DNA of 64,000 nucleotides from a plasmid, in sequence record NZ_MK262712.1. The stretch is one strand, 5' to 3'. The notes under the pieces were generated by a model that saw nothing but the letters and a program-made list of their open reading frames with translations, was not told the origin of the DNA and did not search any database. The position numbers and the translations under genes are program-made. The stretch's first letter is position 1. Every line of letters begins with the position of its first letter. Below are positions 21,001 to 30,395 of this stretch, piece by piece.

Positions 21001-22303
21001 CGGCAACACCCTCTTCGCCCTGGAATGCAGCAATAACGATCTCATTCAGGAAGTACACCTGGTCCCGCTTAACAAGCTCTGAGCCGTCCTTGAAAACGGA
21101 AACAGATGGTTCATCAGACAGTATAAGTTTAGATTCCGGTTCGGTATAACTGGAATCATTGCCCGCTGTATTAGACACAGAATATGTTGCAACGTAAGAA
21201 GCGCTGGCCAGATCGCTTATATCAAAAAAATAAACAAATTTACCCGCAACTTCCTGATATCCGGCGACAGGTTGAAGAGTTCGACGGGACGGAGTTGACC
21301 AAATTTTGTTAAAATTAAGCTCCGTACCATCATCTAAAGTAACTTTTGTCATTGGAGAGAAGCTACCATCAGGAGCAAGTGTGAGCGACATTGCAGCAGG
21401 TTTCCACCAGTCATTGGTATCTGACCGGGCAGGAACCGAGACAGCTACAGCGATCGTCTGCGGAGCAACGTAGATATCTTTATCTCCGATCTTGAATGAC
21501 CGAGCTTCTTTAGAGACGTTCCAGAAGGTATTGTCTATCGCTGGAGCGCGGTAATCCCAGCTTAATCTCACCTTAGAGGTTACTGGTGGGGAGAAGTAAT
21601 TATTGAACGAGTTTAAGGTTACGCCTACATCCCTGCTTCCGAAATCGGAACCCCCATCACTGATGCCTACGCTTCCGGTCGTTATAGAACATTTTGAGGC
21701 TCCTGCAGCAATGGCGCAGGATGTCCCAGAACCGACAGACGCGACCATATCGTAGTCTCGGGGTTCAACGGTTATATCAATATTTGAGAGTGTCTCGTTT
21801 TTAATGTATGACGTCAGTGTTGAACCGGAAGAACCGTTGCTCATTGAACCTTTTATAGAAGTAATCACAGGAGCTACAGGCGCAACAGTCTTGAAGTTGT
21901 ACTCCCCTTCCTTGACTATGACTTTTTCACGTTCTGAGCCCGAGTAGTAAACGATTTGCCATGGAAGTTTGATATCCCCAGCTATGGCAGGGATGCCCTT
22001 CAGTGAGAACCCATTAGCAATCGGCATACCGGAATTATTAGGTAACCATTCAAACACACATTTCAGGCTACCAGCCGTACTTTTGACATTAGGATCAGAG
22101 GACACCTCGCATCCCTCAGATACCGGAATAGCTGTAACCGTACTTTCTTTCACGAAGGCCGTATTTACTTGTGAACTGGTAGAAAATTTGACATCTGGTA
22201 ATGACGTTTCCAGGGTACCGGAAACCATTATCGATTCTGCGTTTGAAAAAGCACTGAACACAGAACAGAACATCAGGAAAGAGATTTTATTAATTTTAGT
22301 CAT
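18062..22303 (-). CDS. Giant exported Ig-like (Big-domain-type) surface protein, 1413 aa; possibly RSP-like
   Basis: Signal peptide MTKINKISFLMFCSVFSAFSNA. Long beta-rich Thr/Ser/Val-rich sequence with recurring ~90-100 aa Ig-like segments. An RSP-like identity is recalled from IncHI1 plasmid R27, not verified. Confidence 0.55.
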   Translation of the reverse strand: MTKINKISFLMFCSVFSAFSNAESIMVSGTLETSLPDVKFSTSSQVNTAFVKESTVTAIPVSEGCEVSSDPNVKSTAGSLKCVFEWLPNNSGMPIANGFSLKGIPAIAGDIKLPWQIVYYSGSEREKVIVKEGEYNFKTVAPVAPVITSIKGSMSNGSSGSTLTSYIKNETLSNIDITVEPRDYDMVASVGSGTSCAIAAGASKCSITTGSVGISDGGSDFGSRDVGVTLNSFNNYFSPPVTSKVRLSWDYRAPAIDNTFWNVSKEARSFKIGDKDIYVAPQTIAVAVSVPARSDTNDWWKPAAMSLTLAPDGSFSPMTKVTLDDGTELNFNKIWSTPSRRTLQPVAGYQEVAGKFVYFFDISDLASASYVATYSVSNTAGNDSSYTEPESKLILSDEPSVSVFKDGSELVKRDQVYFLNEIVIAAFQGEEGVADIKSVVIDNVMASYTPTNVKGIYRLKPMPSLETNKVHTLTVVAENVNGISKTYSIDFTYMPMTFTLKSIESASTIYGYVRPYTSLVTQQSGNTCKIFSTEEDAQAFLSQFGTAVYGTACYVQWNNVPSGLEFYSKSKVPGLTGYFSKVGDNVLDYNVYVINTKGSKAIATHNRKTVKAVEPFAPEISYKMSKTVETLGKDTALVYITGGDAAKVLAKSVPANVVLTTKVEGQDAETKTYKNKSGGDTPVTYSERIKVPAAPLWTQTNVNIEASYENEASIKSSSVLKVYTVPNFSIRAYMKVAERKSATSLKVPVSVNIGQWNNSCNCTLYDASTMGQWDVVVYKVTSKWVTDEETGKDVSVTERTPLTGDLPVNSEGIATGELNMDDLTLGSHRIIAVATVRSPFKDFVLKRETSTTSIRVYKGANLEGGLSKSLIVGRVPLSAMVSFRTKSTDDYDSLSPTEWQMSSNNGSTWNTLEDMTGLRSVSIKQKEVGKWLYRAKLTNKYTGKVSYTDNLTVVAYREPKPVISVGKVLEGHSIPVTLTDNNEDVQGSAVEVQWSEDGEEWTEGGVKYMITSSEVPKYIFAKVRYTETDEMAGKSAWKETRARVTVIKHKKLSVKVEGNSQVEVGKKVTLQGTYTNPNIEYSSDAKVVQEWVLPDGSVKQGGLLDTVLTEDMLDERGYATFTYQAYMPEAKDRTIAKRKISVKSWVYKFPEPRLNTKLKYTMIPSELTVSVSGVDVSYPGVVFTQDWQYDKNMMTLSSDNNGTKVFQVTKSGTHTLTYVLKDNRNNEARVDYTFIVNEQSPMEISVTPKYSNKFMRAPLDLSLRSSVKLAHSADSIDNVTFKLNGKPVDGGKNYWSQTFENIMEGSYKLEMDVVSTQGQRGVVVVDFDVIPNTPPTCNLTYTETQLSWAFTAKCSDPDGKISSYVWKVNDQVRGVFGSTATLSKAQNKGKLVVSITAYDDSGDSATSFITLNN

Positions 22304-22430
22304 GGAACGCTCTGATCGTAGTTATGCCATAGTTACATCTAATGTATCCTATGAACAGAGCGTATTTTTCCCATTAAGGGAAGTATCTTCATTGAAATTC
22401 CCGTAAAACGGGAATGGCTGGACAGAAAAG

Positions 22431-22970
22431 TTACTTTTGTAGTTGAGCATTTGCATTAAGACGCATGCACGTTAGAACCGCGTCAGATGGAACCCCTGGA
22501 TTTCGGGCCAGTATGACGGATAAGAGGAAAAGACCTAAGCGAAGGCAGGCGGCAGGATCAATACTAATTTTATGTATAAAGTTAATGTCTCGCTCGTCTT
22601 TGTTGATAGCTACAACGCCCCCCTCCAACATTGCTGTGGATTTACCATCAAAAGTAACTTTTACGTTTTTGTAGACTTGCTTATTATGGTGCTTTGTTTT
22701 TTTATCTTTCAGAACAGCCTCACGAGTAAGGCGAAGAAACGCCATACACAAAGCGATCACTTCATCATCACTCAGCTTTGTTGAAAAGGCCTTTTGCCCA
22801 GTCCAGTCAAACGCGCCCGGCTTAGATGCTAAAGGCCCAGCAAGGATAAGATTCACACTGCCATTTGTCTCAGAATAATTGAGCTCAAGTGCAGTCTTGC
22901 CGGAATTAAATACCTTTTCATTTCGGTAAGGTTGATGCTGTGGAACATCATTATTTATATTTTCCACCAA
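22431..22970 (-). CDS. Hypothetical protein, 179 aa
   Basis: ORF in a three-gene minus-strand cluster, no recognised motif. Confidence 0.4.
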   Translation of the reverse strand: MVENINNDVPQHQPYRNEKVFNSGKTALELNYSETNGSVNLILAGPLASKPGAFDWTGQKAFSTKLSDDEVIALCMAFLRLTREAVLKDKKTKHHNKQVYKNVKVTFDGKSTAMLEGGVVAINKDERDINFIHKISIDPAACLRLGLFLLSVILARNPGVPSDAVLTCMRLNANAQLQK

Positions 22971-23437
22971 ATATGTCCTTCACCTTCGTTGATTAAATCC
23001 TTCACCAGACCAATGTAGGTATTCCCTCCAGATTGCTTCATCGCAAAAATATAAGCACTGGTCTCTAGCATTAGATAGTCTCCCGATGGAGCACCAGGTG
23101 GAACCTCTGTAGAGCTAAGACTTTTAATGTACTCCTTTTTAACAATAGAAGGAATGTTGTTTATCATTATTGTTTTTTCATCAACGATCTTAAAATTCAT
23201 ACTGGTTTCAGCGCCCGCCAGACTTACGGCATGAACCGAGTTTTGCTTAAAGCTCGACAGGCTTGGTTTATTCATAGTTAGAGAATAAATACCTAGCAGG
23301 GTAATAAGTGGAACTATGAAGAAACTAACTTTTTTAATACTCACTATCTTCATCGTCATCAAATCCCCCTTGGGTCTGGCATGCAGTAATGTAAAGAATT
23401 CTAAGTTGATGTAGGAAATTTTCTGCTGTAGCACCAC
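22955..23437 (-). CDS. Hypothetical exported/membrane protein
   Basis: Likely start MTMKIVSIKKVSFFIVPLITLLGIYSL (about 23362), with an N-terminal TM or signal segment. Confidence 0.4.
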   Translation of the reverse strand: MVLQQKISYINLEFFTLLHARPKGDLMTMKIVSIKKVSFFIVPLITLLGIYSLTMNKPSLSSFKQNSVHAVSLAGAETSMNFKIVDEKTIMINNIPSIVKKEYIKSLSSTEVPPGAPSGDYLMLETSAYIFAMKQSGGNTYIGLVKDLINEGEGHIWWKI

Positions 23438-23792
23438 CTACAAATGTTATCATTCTGTTAATTCTGATGCCTGCATCTTCAAGTTCAAACTCAGCTATTC
23501 CACAATCCGACATTATTGTCATCGTGTTTTCATCTGGGTCTTCATCAAGCGAAGGGGGTATAATAATGGATAAGATAACAGTATCTACTGGAGCTATTTC
23601 CCAATTGTGTTCCTCTCGGGCCATAGGAATTATCTGAATAAAATACCCATCCAGGATCAAAGAAAGTGGATTGCGGGTGTTGTCAGCAAACCCAAAATTA
23701 CTGGTTGCTTCTTCGAAGTTTAAGCCAGAGCGCTCAATAATCTTGAGAAGTTCCTGCTTTCGTACCCCATGGTAAATCATGCCATCTGTCAT
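23334..23792 (-). CDS. Hypothetical protein with acidic C-terminus, 152 aa
   Basis: ORF. The C-terminus is GGFDDDEDSEY. Confidence 0.35.
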   Translation of the reverse strand: MTDGMIYHGVRKQELLKIIERSGLNFEEATSNFGFADNTRNPLSLILDGYFIQIIPMAREEHNWEIAPVDTVILSIIIPPSLDEDPDENTMTIMSDCGIAEFELEDAGIRINRMITFVGGATAENFLHQLRILYITACQTQGGFDDDEDSEY

Positions 23793-24475
23793 CTGTAGTT
23801 ACTCATGTGCTTTGATGGATAGTGTGTCGCTAAAAATCATACCAAAAACAAAGTATTCCTACCTCAGCCAGAGTGAGAAAAAGTTAACTTTCGCTCTGAA
23901 CCTGTAGGTTTATCTAATCTTAGCTTAACATGTAAGCTACCGATATCTGCACCGCTCATAATTCTAAGGGCTCGTATTATTCACTTGTTGAACTAGATCA
24001 TCAATCGAAAGGAACACATTACAACGCGCCAAAAGTTACTTTTATCAGAATGCACACAATTTAGCTCGAATAAGAATCTGGATTGTGATTTGGTAACAGG
24101 ATCTTTAACTTTAGCAATCAGAGTATGCCTTGCTTTTACATTGCAGTATCACCATTTAAAACAATAAGTTATAACGAAACACCAAGTGTTTGATAACATG
24201 CATTTTCACTGGATCTGCGCTTACGAATGTGGCACTGAGGCAATTCTTTAACCTTGTAAAGAATGAGTGAGCCCGCGCTGGAGGTCAGACCTTTGGTTGC
24301 ATTTAAACCACGTGTGTTACATGCCTACATGGGAATGATTCTCATCAACTATTAAAAAGTCACTTTTACATAAATCTAACAATGTACTGAAAAAAAATAT
24401 TGTAAAAATAGCTTTTTTCCTCTCTGGCGACGTCATCACATCCCTCATAAATGTATGATCACACAGAGGTGATAA
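23793..24475. promoter_or_regulatory. 680-bp AT-rich divergent promoter region carrying palindrome-motif copies
   Basis: Separates divergent operons. Contains AAAAGTTACTTTTA (24031), AAAAAGTCACTTTTA (24355) and the near-match AAAAAGTTAACTTT (23878). Confidence 0.45.
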
Positions 24476-25279
24476 ATGACTATTCTTTCAAATCTAAGTA
24501 TTGACCTTACTGATTTTACAGGACGAATTCTTATCGTCAGTGACCTTTATGGACATTTTGAACTGTTACTCAAGGGCCTTTCAAAACTGACCCAGTCCGG
24601 TGATGAAGTGGTTGTTATAACTACTGGTAATTTGTTTGACTGGGGCCCTTCCCCCTGTCAGCTGCTTGAGGCAGTGGTTTACAAAAAATTTGGTGACAGG
24701 AAAGTTCATTTTTTCACTGTGGTAGGTTTTCATGAATTACTTATGACAGATGCTATTACTCAAAAGTACCTTAAAACCTTCAGGTACTTTCCGGATACAC
24801 ATACTCGTAAACACTGGAGAAGTTTAGGTGGAAGCTGGCATGACTCTTACGACCAGATTTTGCTTGAACGTGATATTTATAAAATCGATTACCCACTGGT
24901 AATAAATCTCAAAACAAAACTAGGAACATACATAATTGGTTCGTCAGATATCCCCCACGATGGTGGTGACTGGAACACTCTCATGGCAACCTTGAACAAG
25001 TTGGATAACCAAAACTTACGCATTATGGCGAGTAATATAACCAGAACTAGGTATTTTCTAGAATCAGGAAAGACAATTGATGATATATCGCTTGTAGTAT
25101 TAGGAGTGCATCAACCTGATCAATTAAAACGAATTCTCTCAGGGCAAACTGAACTAGCTAAATCAACCTTGTGTCTGTTCCCTAACAACTGGGATGGACT
25201 CTCAAATGCACCACTGGATTTCAAAATTAGATTTCTTGACATCACTGAAAGTGAATATGGGAGTTGCTATGAGTTTTAA
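24476..25279 (+). CDS. Degenerate lambda-phosphatase/PrpA-like metallophosphoesterase-fold protein (probable pseudo-phosphatase)
   Basis: It aligns to the three N-terminal metallophosphatase motifs with substituted ligands: SDLYG for GDxHG, GNLFDWG for GDxxDRG, VGFHE for GNHE. Confidence 0.5.
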   Translation: MTILSNLSIDLTDFTGRILIVSDLYGHFELLLKGLSKLTQSGDEVVVITTGNLFDWGPSPCQLLEAVVYKKFGDRKVHFFTVVGFHELLMTDAITQKYLKTFRYFPDTHTRKHWRSLGGSWHDSYDQILLERDIYKIDYPLVINLKTKLGTYIIGSSDIPHDGGDWNTLMATLNKLDNQNLRIMASNITRTRYFLESGKTIDDISLVVLGVHQPDQLKRILSGQTELAKSTLCLFPNNWDGLSNAPLDFKIRFLDITESEYGSCYEF

Positions 25280-25985
25280 GAATTTAGCTTGTGTTATCTT
25301 ATTGTTACCAAACGCAAGCTACGTAATGGCAGGCTCTCAGCTCCAGCTAAGTTCTAATGTTATGGTTGACCAGAAAATGAAAAACATTGTTGTCCAAACA
25401 AGTTATTTTAAAAACAAAATTGACAACACAAAATTTATTCGAATTAGCAATCACACAAGATCATTCCCATTAATCCTCTCCTTACCGGAAATTAAATACT
25501 CTGTCATCATAAAAAATGGACACAGTACGCTTCTCTCAGAAGATGATGGCATGATTTGGGTAGAACCTGGGAGTAACGTCATACTAAAAATTAAAGAAGC
25601 TGAAAAACTCTACGATTTCATTCCAATAGTCTACATTACAGGGAAAAAGAAACCAAATGTACTTACTGTTTTACCCGGTAAAGCAATTAGTGCTGCAAAA
25701 GAGACAAAGCTAATTGAATATAAAGTTTCACCAAATCAAAAAAGAATGTCACATGATGACAAGGTTGTTAAGCTATCAGGCTTTGGTAATATAAATAAAC
25801 TGAAGAAAGGTTTTTATGAAGTACAGGTCGACAAATTTACTTCTGTGAGCTTTGATAAGGAGGCTTTTATAATTACCCGAAATAATATGCTTGCGGGATC
25901 ACAATATTACACTAAAAATCTTGTTGCCTATCCGCATGAAAAAATAATAATGAACATTAGCGGAGAAACTCATGTTGAAAAATAG
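25268..25985 (+). CDS. Exported hypothetical protein
   Basis: Signal peptide MSFKNLACVILLLPNASYVMA. Overlaps the upstream stop, so operon-coupled. Confidence 0.5.
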
Positions 25986-26472
25986 TCTGATGTTCCTTGT
26001 AATAATTTTACTAACAGCTTGTCAGCACCCCCCAGGATGGCATAAAACGCTACCCGCGATTAACTTTAGCCCTGTTAAAACAGTTGAAATGACAGGGAAG
26101 GTTACAGGGGAATATTCTGTTCGCGTAGTCAATGCAGGTATCGACGTATATATAATAATTGACAATGGTTATAATGAGTTTATGACTGTAGATAAACTTT
26201 CCTTATACGGGAATCGTTGCGGATATGAGTCTCAGGGGGAGTTGCTCATTCCTCCCGCTGCAGTCAGTACATATATGGTTCCTAATGTAGCATTATTAGG
26301 TCTGTGCTATACAGATGATATAAAGTTGATTTTCATTAACAATACATTCAATGGTTTGTCCAAGGATAAGAAGGATACAACTGTCCCTATTGAAGTGATG
26401 ATGCAGTTTAAGCTTACTTCTGCTAAAGAAAAAGAGGAATTTAATGATGTTATTTATAGCTCGTGGAATTAA
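25972..26472 (+). CDS. Lipoprotein, 166 aa
   Basis: Lipobox LLTAC|QHPPG. Overlaps the neighbouring genes. Confidence 0.5.
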   Translation: MLKNSLMFLVIILLTACQHPPGWHKTLPAINFSPVKTVEMTGKVTGEYSVRVVNAGIDVYIIIDNGYNEFMTVDKLSLYGNRCGYESQGELLIPPAAVSTYMVPNVALLGLCYTDDIKLIFINNTFNGLSKDKKDTTVPIEVMMQFKLTSAKEKEEFNDVIYSSWN

Positions 26473-26860
26473 AAAAGTTTGCTTAGCTGGATTCGCTATT
26501 GTTCTGACAACAAGTGCATCATGGGCCTTTACCTATACGATTGACTCAAATCCCCAAGGAGCTGTAGTCATTAATGTGATCACAAAGGAAAGAATGGGTT
26601 TGACACCAATTAAAGTGGATATACCAGATACACAGGAAGGAAAAACATTTGGTATCCTTTACAAAGACTACCGAAATGTTGCCCTCATGATATACAAACC
26701 AGCACCAACCGCAGAGAGAGCTTTTACTAATAGTCCACCCGTTGTGGTCACTAGCGCTCTTCCTGGTGAATATCCCTTAAGTGTAAATATTGATGAAGTA
26801 CGGGATAAAGTTGTTGTGGATTTGCGTCCAGTCATGTCACAACCTGTTACTTTACAATAA
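26444..26860 (+). CDS. Exported hypothetical protein, 138 aa
   Basis: Signal peptide ...VCLAGFAIVLTTSASWA. Confidence 0.45.
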   Translation: MMLFIARGIKKVCLAGFAIVLTTSASWAFTYTIDSNPQGAVVINVITKERMGLTPIKVDIPDTQEGKTFGILYKDYRNVALMIYKPAPTAERAFTNSPPVVVTSALPGEYPLSVNIDEVRDKVVVDLRPVMSQPVTLQ

Positions 26861-26886
26861 AAAAGGGGCTTATGCCCCTTTTCTCT
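26859..26886. terminator. Bidirectional rho-independent terminator
   Basis: GGGGC-ttat-GCCCC hairpin flanked by an A-run and a T-run, between convergent genes. Confidence 0.6.
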
Positions 26887-29604
26887 TTAAGCAACCTGCC
26901 TTGTTTTCATGCCTAACTGTACTAGCTCTTCTTCATAAACCCTGTCAATTGCTTCGGCATACGTATATCCGTCATTAACAAGGTTCCATATTTTACGTCG
27001 GTCAGACGGGTCTGTAGTAAAACAAAGTTCCATTTTACGATCAACATAAAGACGGACGATTTGTTGCACGTTCTCAAAACGAATCATAATCTCTGAAAAA
27101 ACATACTTTACAGTCCTGATCATCTTCATCCGTTCATATTCTGATGCTGATGCTGAAATATATTTATTTTTCTCCATTGAATCAATCGCCTCTGGGCTCT
27201 GCTTCATAATAAATTTCCATGGTGAGTTGTTGGCTATCGCTACACCGATTGGCGACTTGTAGAAGTCTTCGAAGCTCTGTGTAATACAGATCCCTGCACA
27301 GTTTGTTTTACGGAAACGACGCCATGCTGCTTCAAGGAATTTAGTAAAAAAGTTAACAGCAGCATCATCACCATTACTTTCGCCGATATACTCCCAGGCC
27401 TCATCAAGTATAAACAAACGACGACGACCATCCTTTTTAATAAACATAGCATGCTGTGCTGCCTGGATTATCGACATTAACACAACCCACTGAAGATGTG
27501 GTGTAGGTTTGAGTTCTTCAAGTTCAAGTACAATGAAGCGGCTATTAAAATTAATGGGTGGCAATGATGTTGTAAACCTCCTACCGTAAATGCCGCCTTC
27601 ACACCAAGGTCCAAGTTGAATGCCTATATCTTTAATTTCTTGTTTCTCATGCTTCATGCATTTTTTAGCGAAGCCAGTAACTGAAGGAAGATATCCATCT
27701 TCAGGGCTATTTGATTCCTCAGCAATAAGACGAAGCATTACTGCTTCCTGTAAAGAACTAATGTTACCATTACTTGAAGCCATTAGTTTTAGTTGATTCA
27801 GAACCATGATTGTTTGAGCAATAATGTCTGATTCTTTACTTTCTTCGCCTGAATTTCCCGTTAATCCCTCCAATGATTCATCTCCTGTATATTTTCTCAC
27901 CAGGAAAGCGAAAGGGTTAAGAGAAAAGGTAGCGTCAACTCCAAAATCAATAAATTGAGAGTCCTCAAATTGCTCAGCAAGCCCTTGATATGAACGTCCG
28001 ATATCAACAACAAACACCTGAGCACCATCTGGTGACGCATTAAATTTGCCATTCAGGTCCAGAGGCGGATCGTATTTATCTGCCGTAAGCAGATCTCTAA
28101 TATCATCAAAATGATAAAGCGGATTTATATGCTCGCCAGAACAAAGATAGTTGAGAATAATGTTGTTTGCTGCAAATGATTTACCTGCCCCTGAGGTAGC
28201 CCCAACGCATACGTTGTAACTGGCTGAAGTTTCGAAAATATCAATCATAACCAACTGTCCCTCGCGGGTTACAAATGGAATGACTGGATTTGTGGAGTTT
28301 CCTTTCCACGGGCCAAAGATAGGAGCTAGGTGAGCCGCACCCGTATTAGTCATTACATCACCACGATCCATATCTCTAAAAGTCGCCGGATCATTACATA
28401 AAGGTAAAGCCGACATGACACCTGAAAAACAAATATAACTATCATCAGCCACAACGATTTTTTTCTCGCTGTAATAGTTAATTAGACTTTTTGCAGCTAT
28501 TTTCACTTTTTCCAGTGTATTATCCATGACGATAAATGTCATGTAAGTTTGTAGTAGTTTAGCTTTATCCTCCAACTCTCTAGTCAATGCCGAGTAATCC
28601 TTGTCCATATCGGCAAGGCGAGGAAGATATTTTAAAACAATAGGTATTTTTGACTGATTATCTGTTATCGCTTTATAACGAAGATACTCTTTCTGTATTT
28701 TCTTTTGATGTGGGAATTGTATACAGAAGTTGATAATAAAAGGAGAGAAAATGGTTTTGCTTCCAGTCATCCAGTCAACAACCAACTCGTAAACAGCACC
28801 AAAGTTGACATATTCAGGGAATTTTGTCATCGACAAATGCTTAAAATATCGTTGAGCTGTCTCATCATCATCAGCAGACAATGACGCGAAATAATCCTCC
28901 CCCACCTCATATTTCCTTCCTGGAATGTTGACCTGATTATTTAATGGCATTAATGTACTAGCTTCAAGTCCACCATATTTCCATCTGGAGTCTTTTCCGG
29001 GGTTTAATATTTTATCAACACTGTACAACCATGTGTCAGCATTACCAACAATTGGTGACAAGGTTAAACCTTCTAGTTTAGATAGAAGGTCTTTAAAAAG
29101 GCCATCCAGTCGCATGGATTCGGATTCATTAGGAGAAAAACCTTTAATAGGTATCCTAACCGTTACCCACAACTCGAAATTCCTAAGCTTCAAATCATCA
29201 GCTTGCGTGATCTTAATGCCATCAGCTTCTTTCAAAGGCTCATATTGACTTTTTGTCAGGTAATCCAGTGAGTATACGGTAAGGAGATCCGCTTTTTCAT
29301 TATCCCTACCTCCCATCCTGTTACCTCTGCGACGTAACCAACGGGACAATGATATGTTGACATCCGGTAAAGCAGCCAGTGTCATTTGCATAATGGACTC
29401 CGCAGGAAAATCCATTTTAAACAGATCCGTCAATAGGTTTTGTTGGTTATCATACAATCCAGGAGAAGGGTTGCAGACAAAAAAGAAACCTACCGCGTTA
29501 TCTTCCAGCAAAAAATAAGGGGCATCCACCATTCTGTCGACCACGGGAATGAAGTGCCCTAAGTTATATCTTTCAAGTTCTTTTGCGAGACGTGAATTGT
29601 TCAT
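26887..29604 (-). CDS. trhC: T4SS ATPase TraC/VirB4 (TrhC-like)
   Basis: Walker A GATSGAGKSF, Walker B RRLFILDEAWEY, size 905 aa. Confidence 0.9.
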   Translation of the reverse strand: MNNSRLAKELERYNLGHFIPVVDRMVDAPYFLLEDNAVGFFFVCNPSPGLYDNQQNLLTDLFKMDFPAESIMQMTLAALPDVNISLSRWLRRRGNRMGGRDNEKADLLTVYSLDYLTKSQYEPLKEADGIKITQADDLKLRNFELWVTVRIPIKGFSPNESESMRLDGLFKDLLSKLEGLTLSPIVGNADTWLYSVDKILNPGKDSRWKYGGLEASTLMPLNNQVNIPGRKYEVGEDYFASLSADDDETAQRYFKHLSMTKFPEYVNFGAVYELVVDWMTGSKTIFSPFIINFCIQFPHQKKIQKEYLRYKAITDNQSKIPIVLKYLPRLADMDKDYSALTRELEDKAKLLQTYMTFIVMDNTLEKVKIAAKSLINYYSEKKIVVADDSYICFSGVMSALPLCNDPATFRDMDRGDVMTNTGAAHLAPIFGPWKGNSTNPVIPFVTREGQLVMIDIFETSASYNVCVGATSGAGKSFAANNIILNYLCSGEHINPLYHFDDIRDLLTADKYDPPLDLNGKFNASPDGAQVFVVDIGRSYQGLAEQFEDSQFIDFGVDATFSLNPFAFLVRKYTGDESLEGLTGNSGEESKESDIIAQTIMVLNQLKLMASSNGNISSLQEAVMLRLIAEESNSPEDGYLPSVTGFAKKCMKHEKQEIKDIGIQLGPWCEGGIYGRRFTTSLPPINFNSRFIVLELEELKPTPHLQWVVLMSIIQAAQHAMFIKKDGRRRLFILDEAWEYIGESNGDDAAVNFFTKFLEAAWRRFRKTNCAGICITQSFEDFYKSPIGVAIANNSPWKFIMKQSPEAIDSMEKNKYISASASEYERMKMIRTVKYVFSEIMIRFENVQQIVRLYVDRKMELCFTTDPSDRRKIWNLVNDGYTYAEAIDRVYEEELVQLGMKTRQVA

Positions 29605-29648
29605 ACTGTTACCTTACATTCCGTGGAACACTATATTTATGCGTGTGG

Positions 29649-30386
29649 CTAGAAAGAACTACCGGTAACCCCATTCGCCGTTACGCCTTTAGTACTACGT
29701 TGCTGCTGCTGCATGTTGTCACGAGCGCGTTCCTGAATTTCCAGTGGGACAATTCGCGCCGGATTTTTTAATGCTGAATCACCTGCCACCCACGTTTGAG
29801 GCTTAACATTGACATATACATAGCCAGGGAGGTTCAAAGCGTCGTTATCGTCTGTGTAAGGCGCGATAAGCACACGCATAACTTTGCCTTGTCTTAACAC
29901 AGCCAGCGGCTCAGGAGCGATAACAGCTTGTCTCGTACCCTGTACCTGATACTGACGCTCTTGATATGAACTCAGCGTTGGGTTTACCGGCTTGCCATCA
30001 AATTCTGAATACAGTCCCTTTCCTGCTGGTACGCGCTGCTGCGACACATAACTCGCTGTTGTCAGCGGCTTCACCGGCTTAGAAGTTCCGGTGAACAAGG
30101 GTTTAGGGCCAGCACTTACTACCGGTTTCTTTGGGTACTGCACGCCCGGTGGCGGAGTCAACGACGTTGGATATTTGCTATCTGCAATATCCTGCTTTCC
30201 CTCATCACCTTCCTTTTTTAAATATTTGAGATCGTCATGATTGTTAGTTGCTTCCATAATTGCCCGTGGCCCCATACACAGCACACCTTTTTCAATACCT
30301 GGGCAGCTGCTCTCAGATTGACCTATGCACCCTGATAAAGAAGACACCGCAGCAACAGACATGAGAAATTTCGTGATGTTGTTCAT
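29649..30386 (-). CDS. trhV: TraV-like outer-membrane lipoprotein (TrhV-like)
   Basis: Lipobox LSGC. The Pro-rich lipoprotein and its position between traB and traC homologues fit MPF-F TraV. Confidence 0.55.
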   Translation of the reverse strand: MNNITKFLMSVAAVSSLSGCIGQSESSCPGIEKGVLCMGPRAIMEATNNHDDLKYLKKEGDEGKQDIADSKYPTSLTPPPGVQYPKKPVVSAGPKPLFTGTSKPVKPLTTASYVSQQRVPAGKGLYSEFDGKPVNPTLSSYQERQYQVQGTRQAVIAPEPLAVLRQGKVMRVLIAPYTDDNDALNLPGYVYVNVKPQTWVAGDSALKNPARIVPLEIQERARDNMQQQQRSTKGVTANGVTGSSF

Positions 30387-30395
30387 TTATATACC

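Noticed and set aside
18146-22406. Multiple 60-145 aa ORFs antisense to the giant Ig-like gene and to trhN, trhC and the paralogue genes.
   Set aside because: Typical shadow ORFs inside long genes on the opposite strand, with no independent support.
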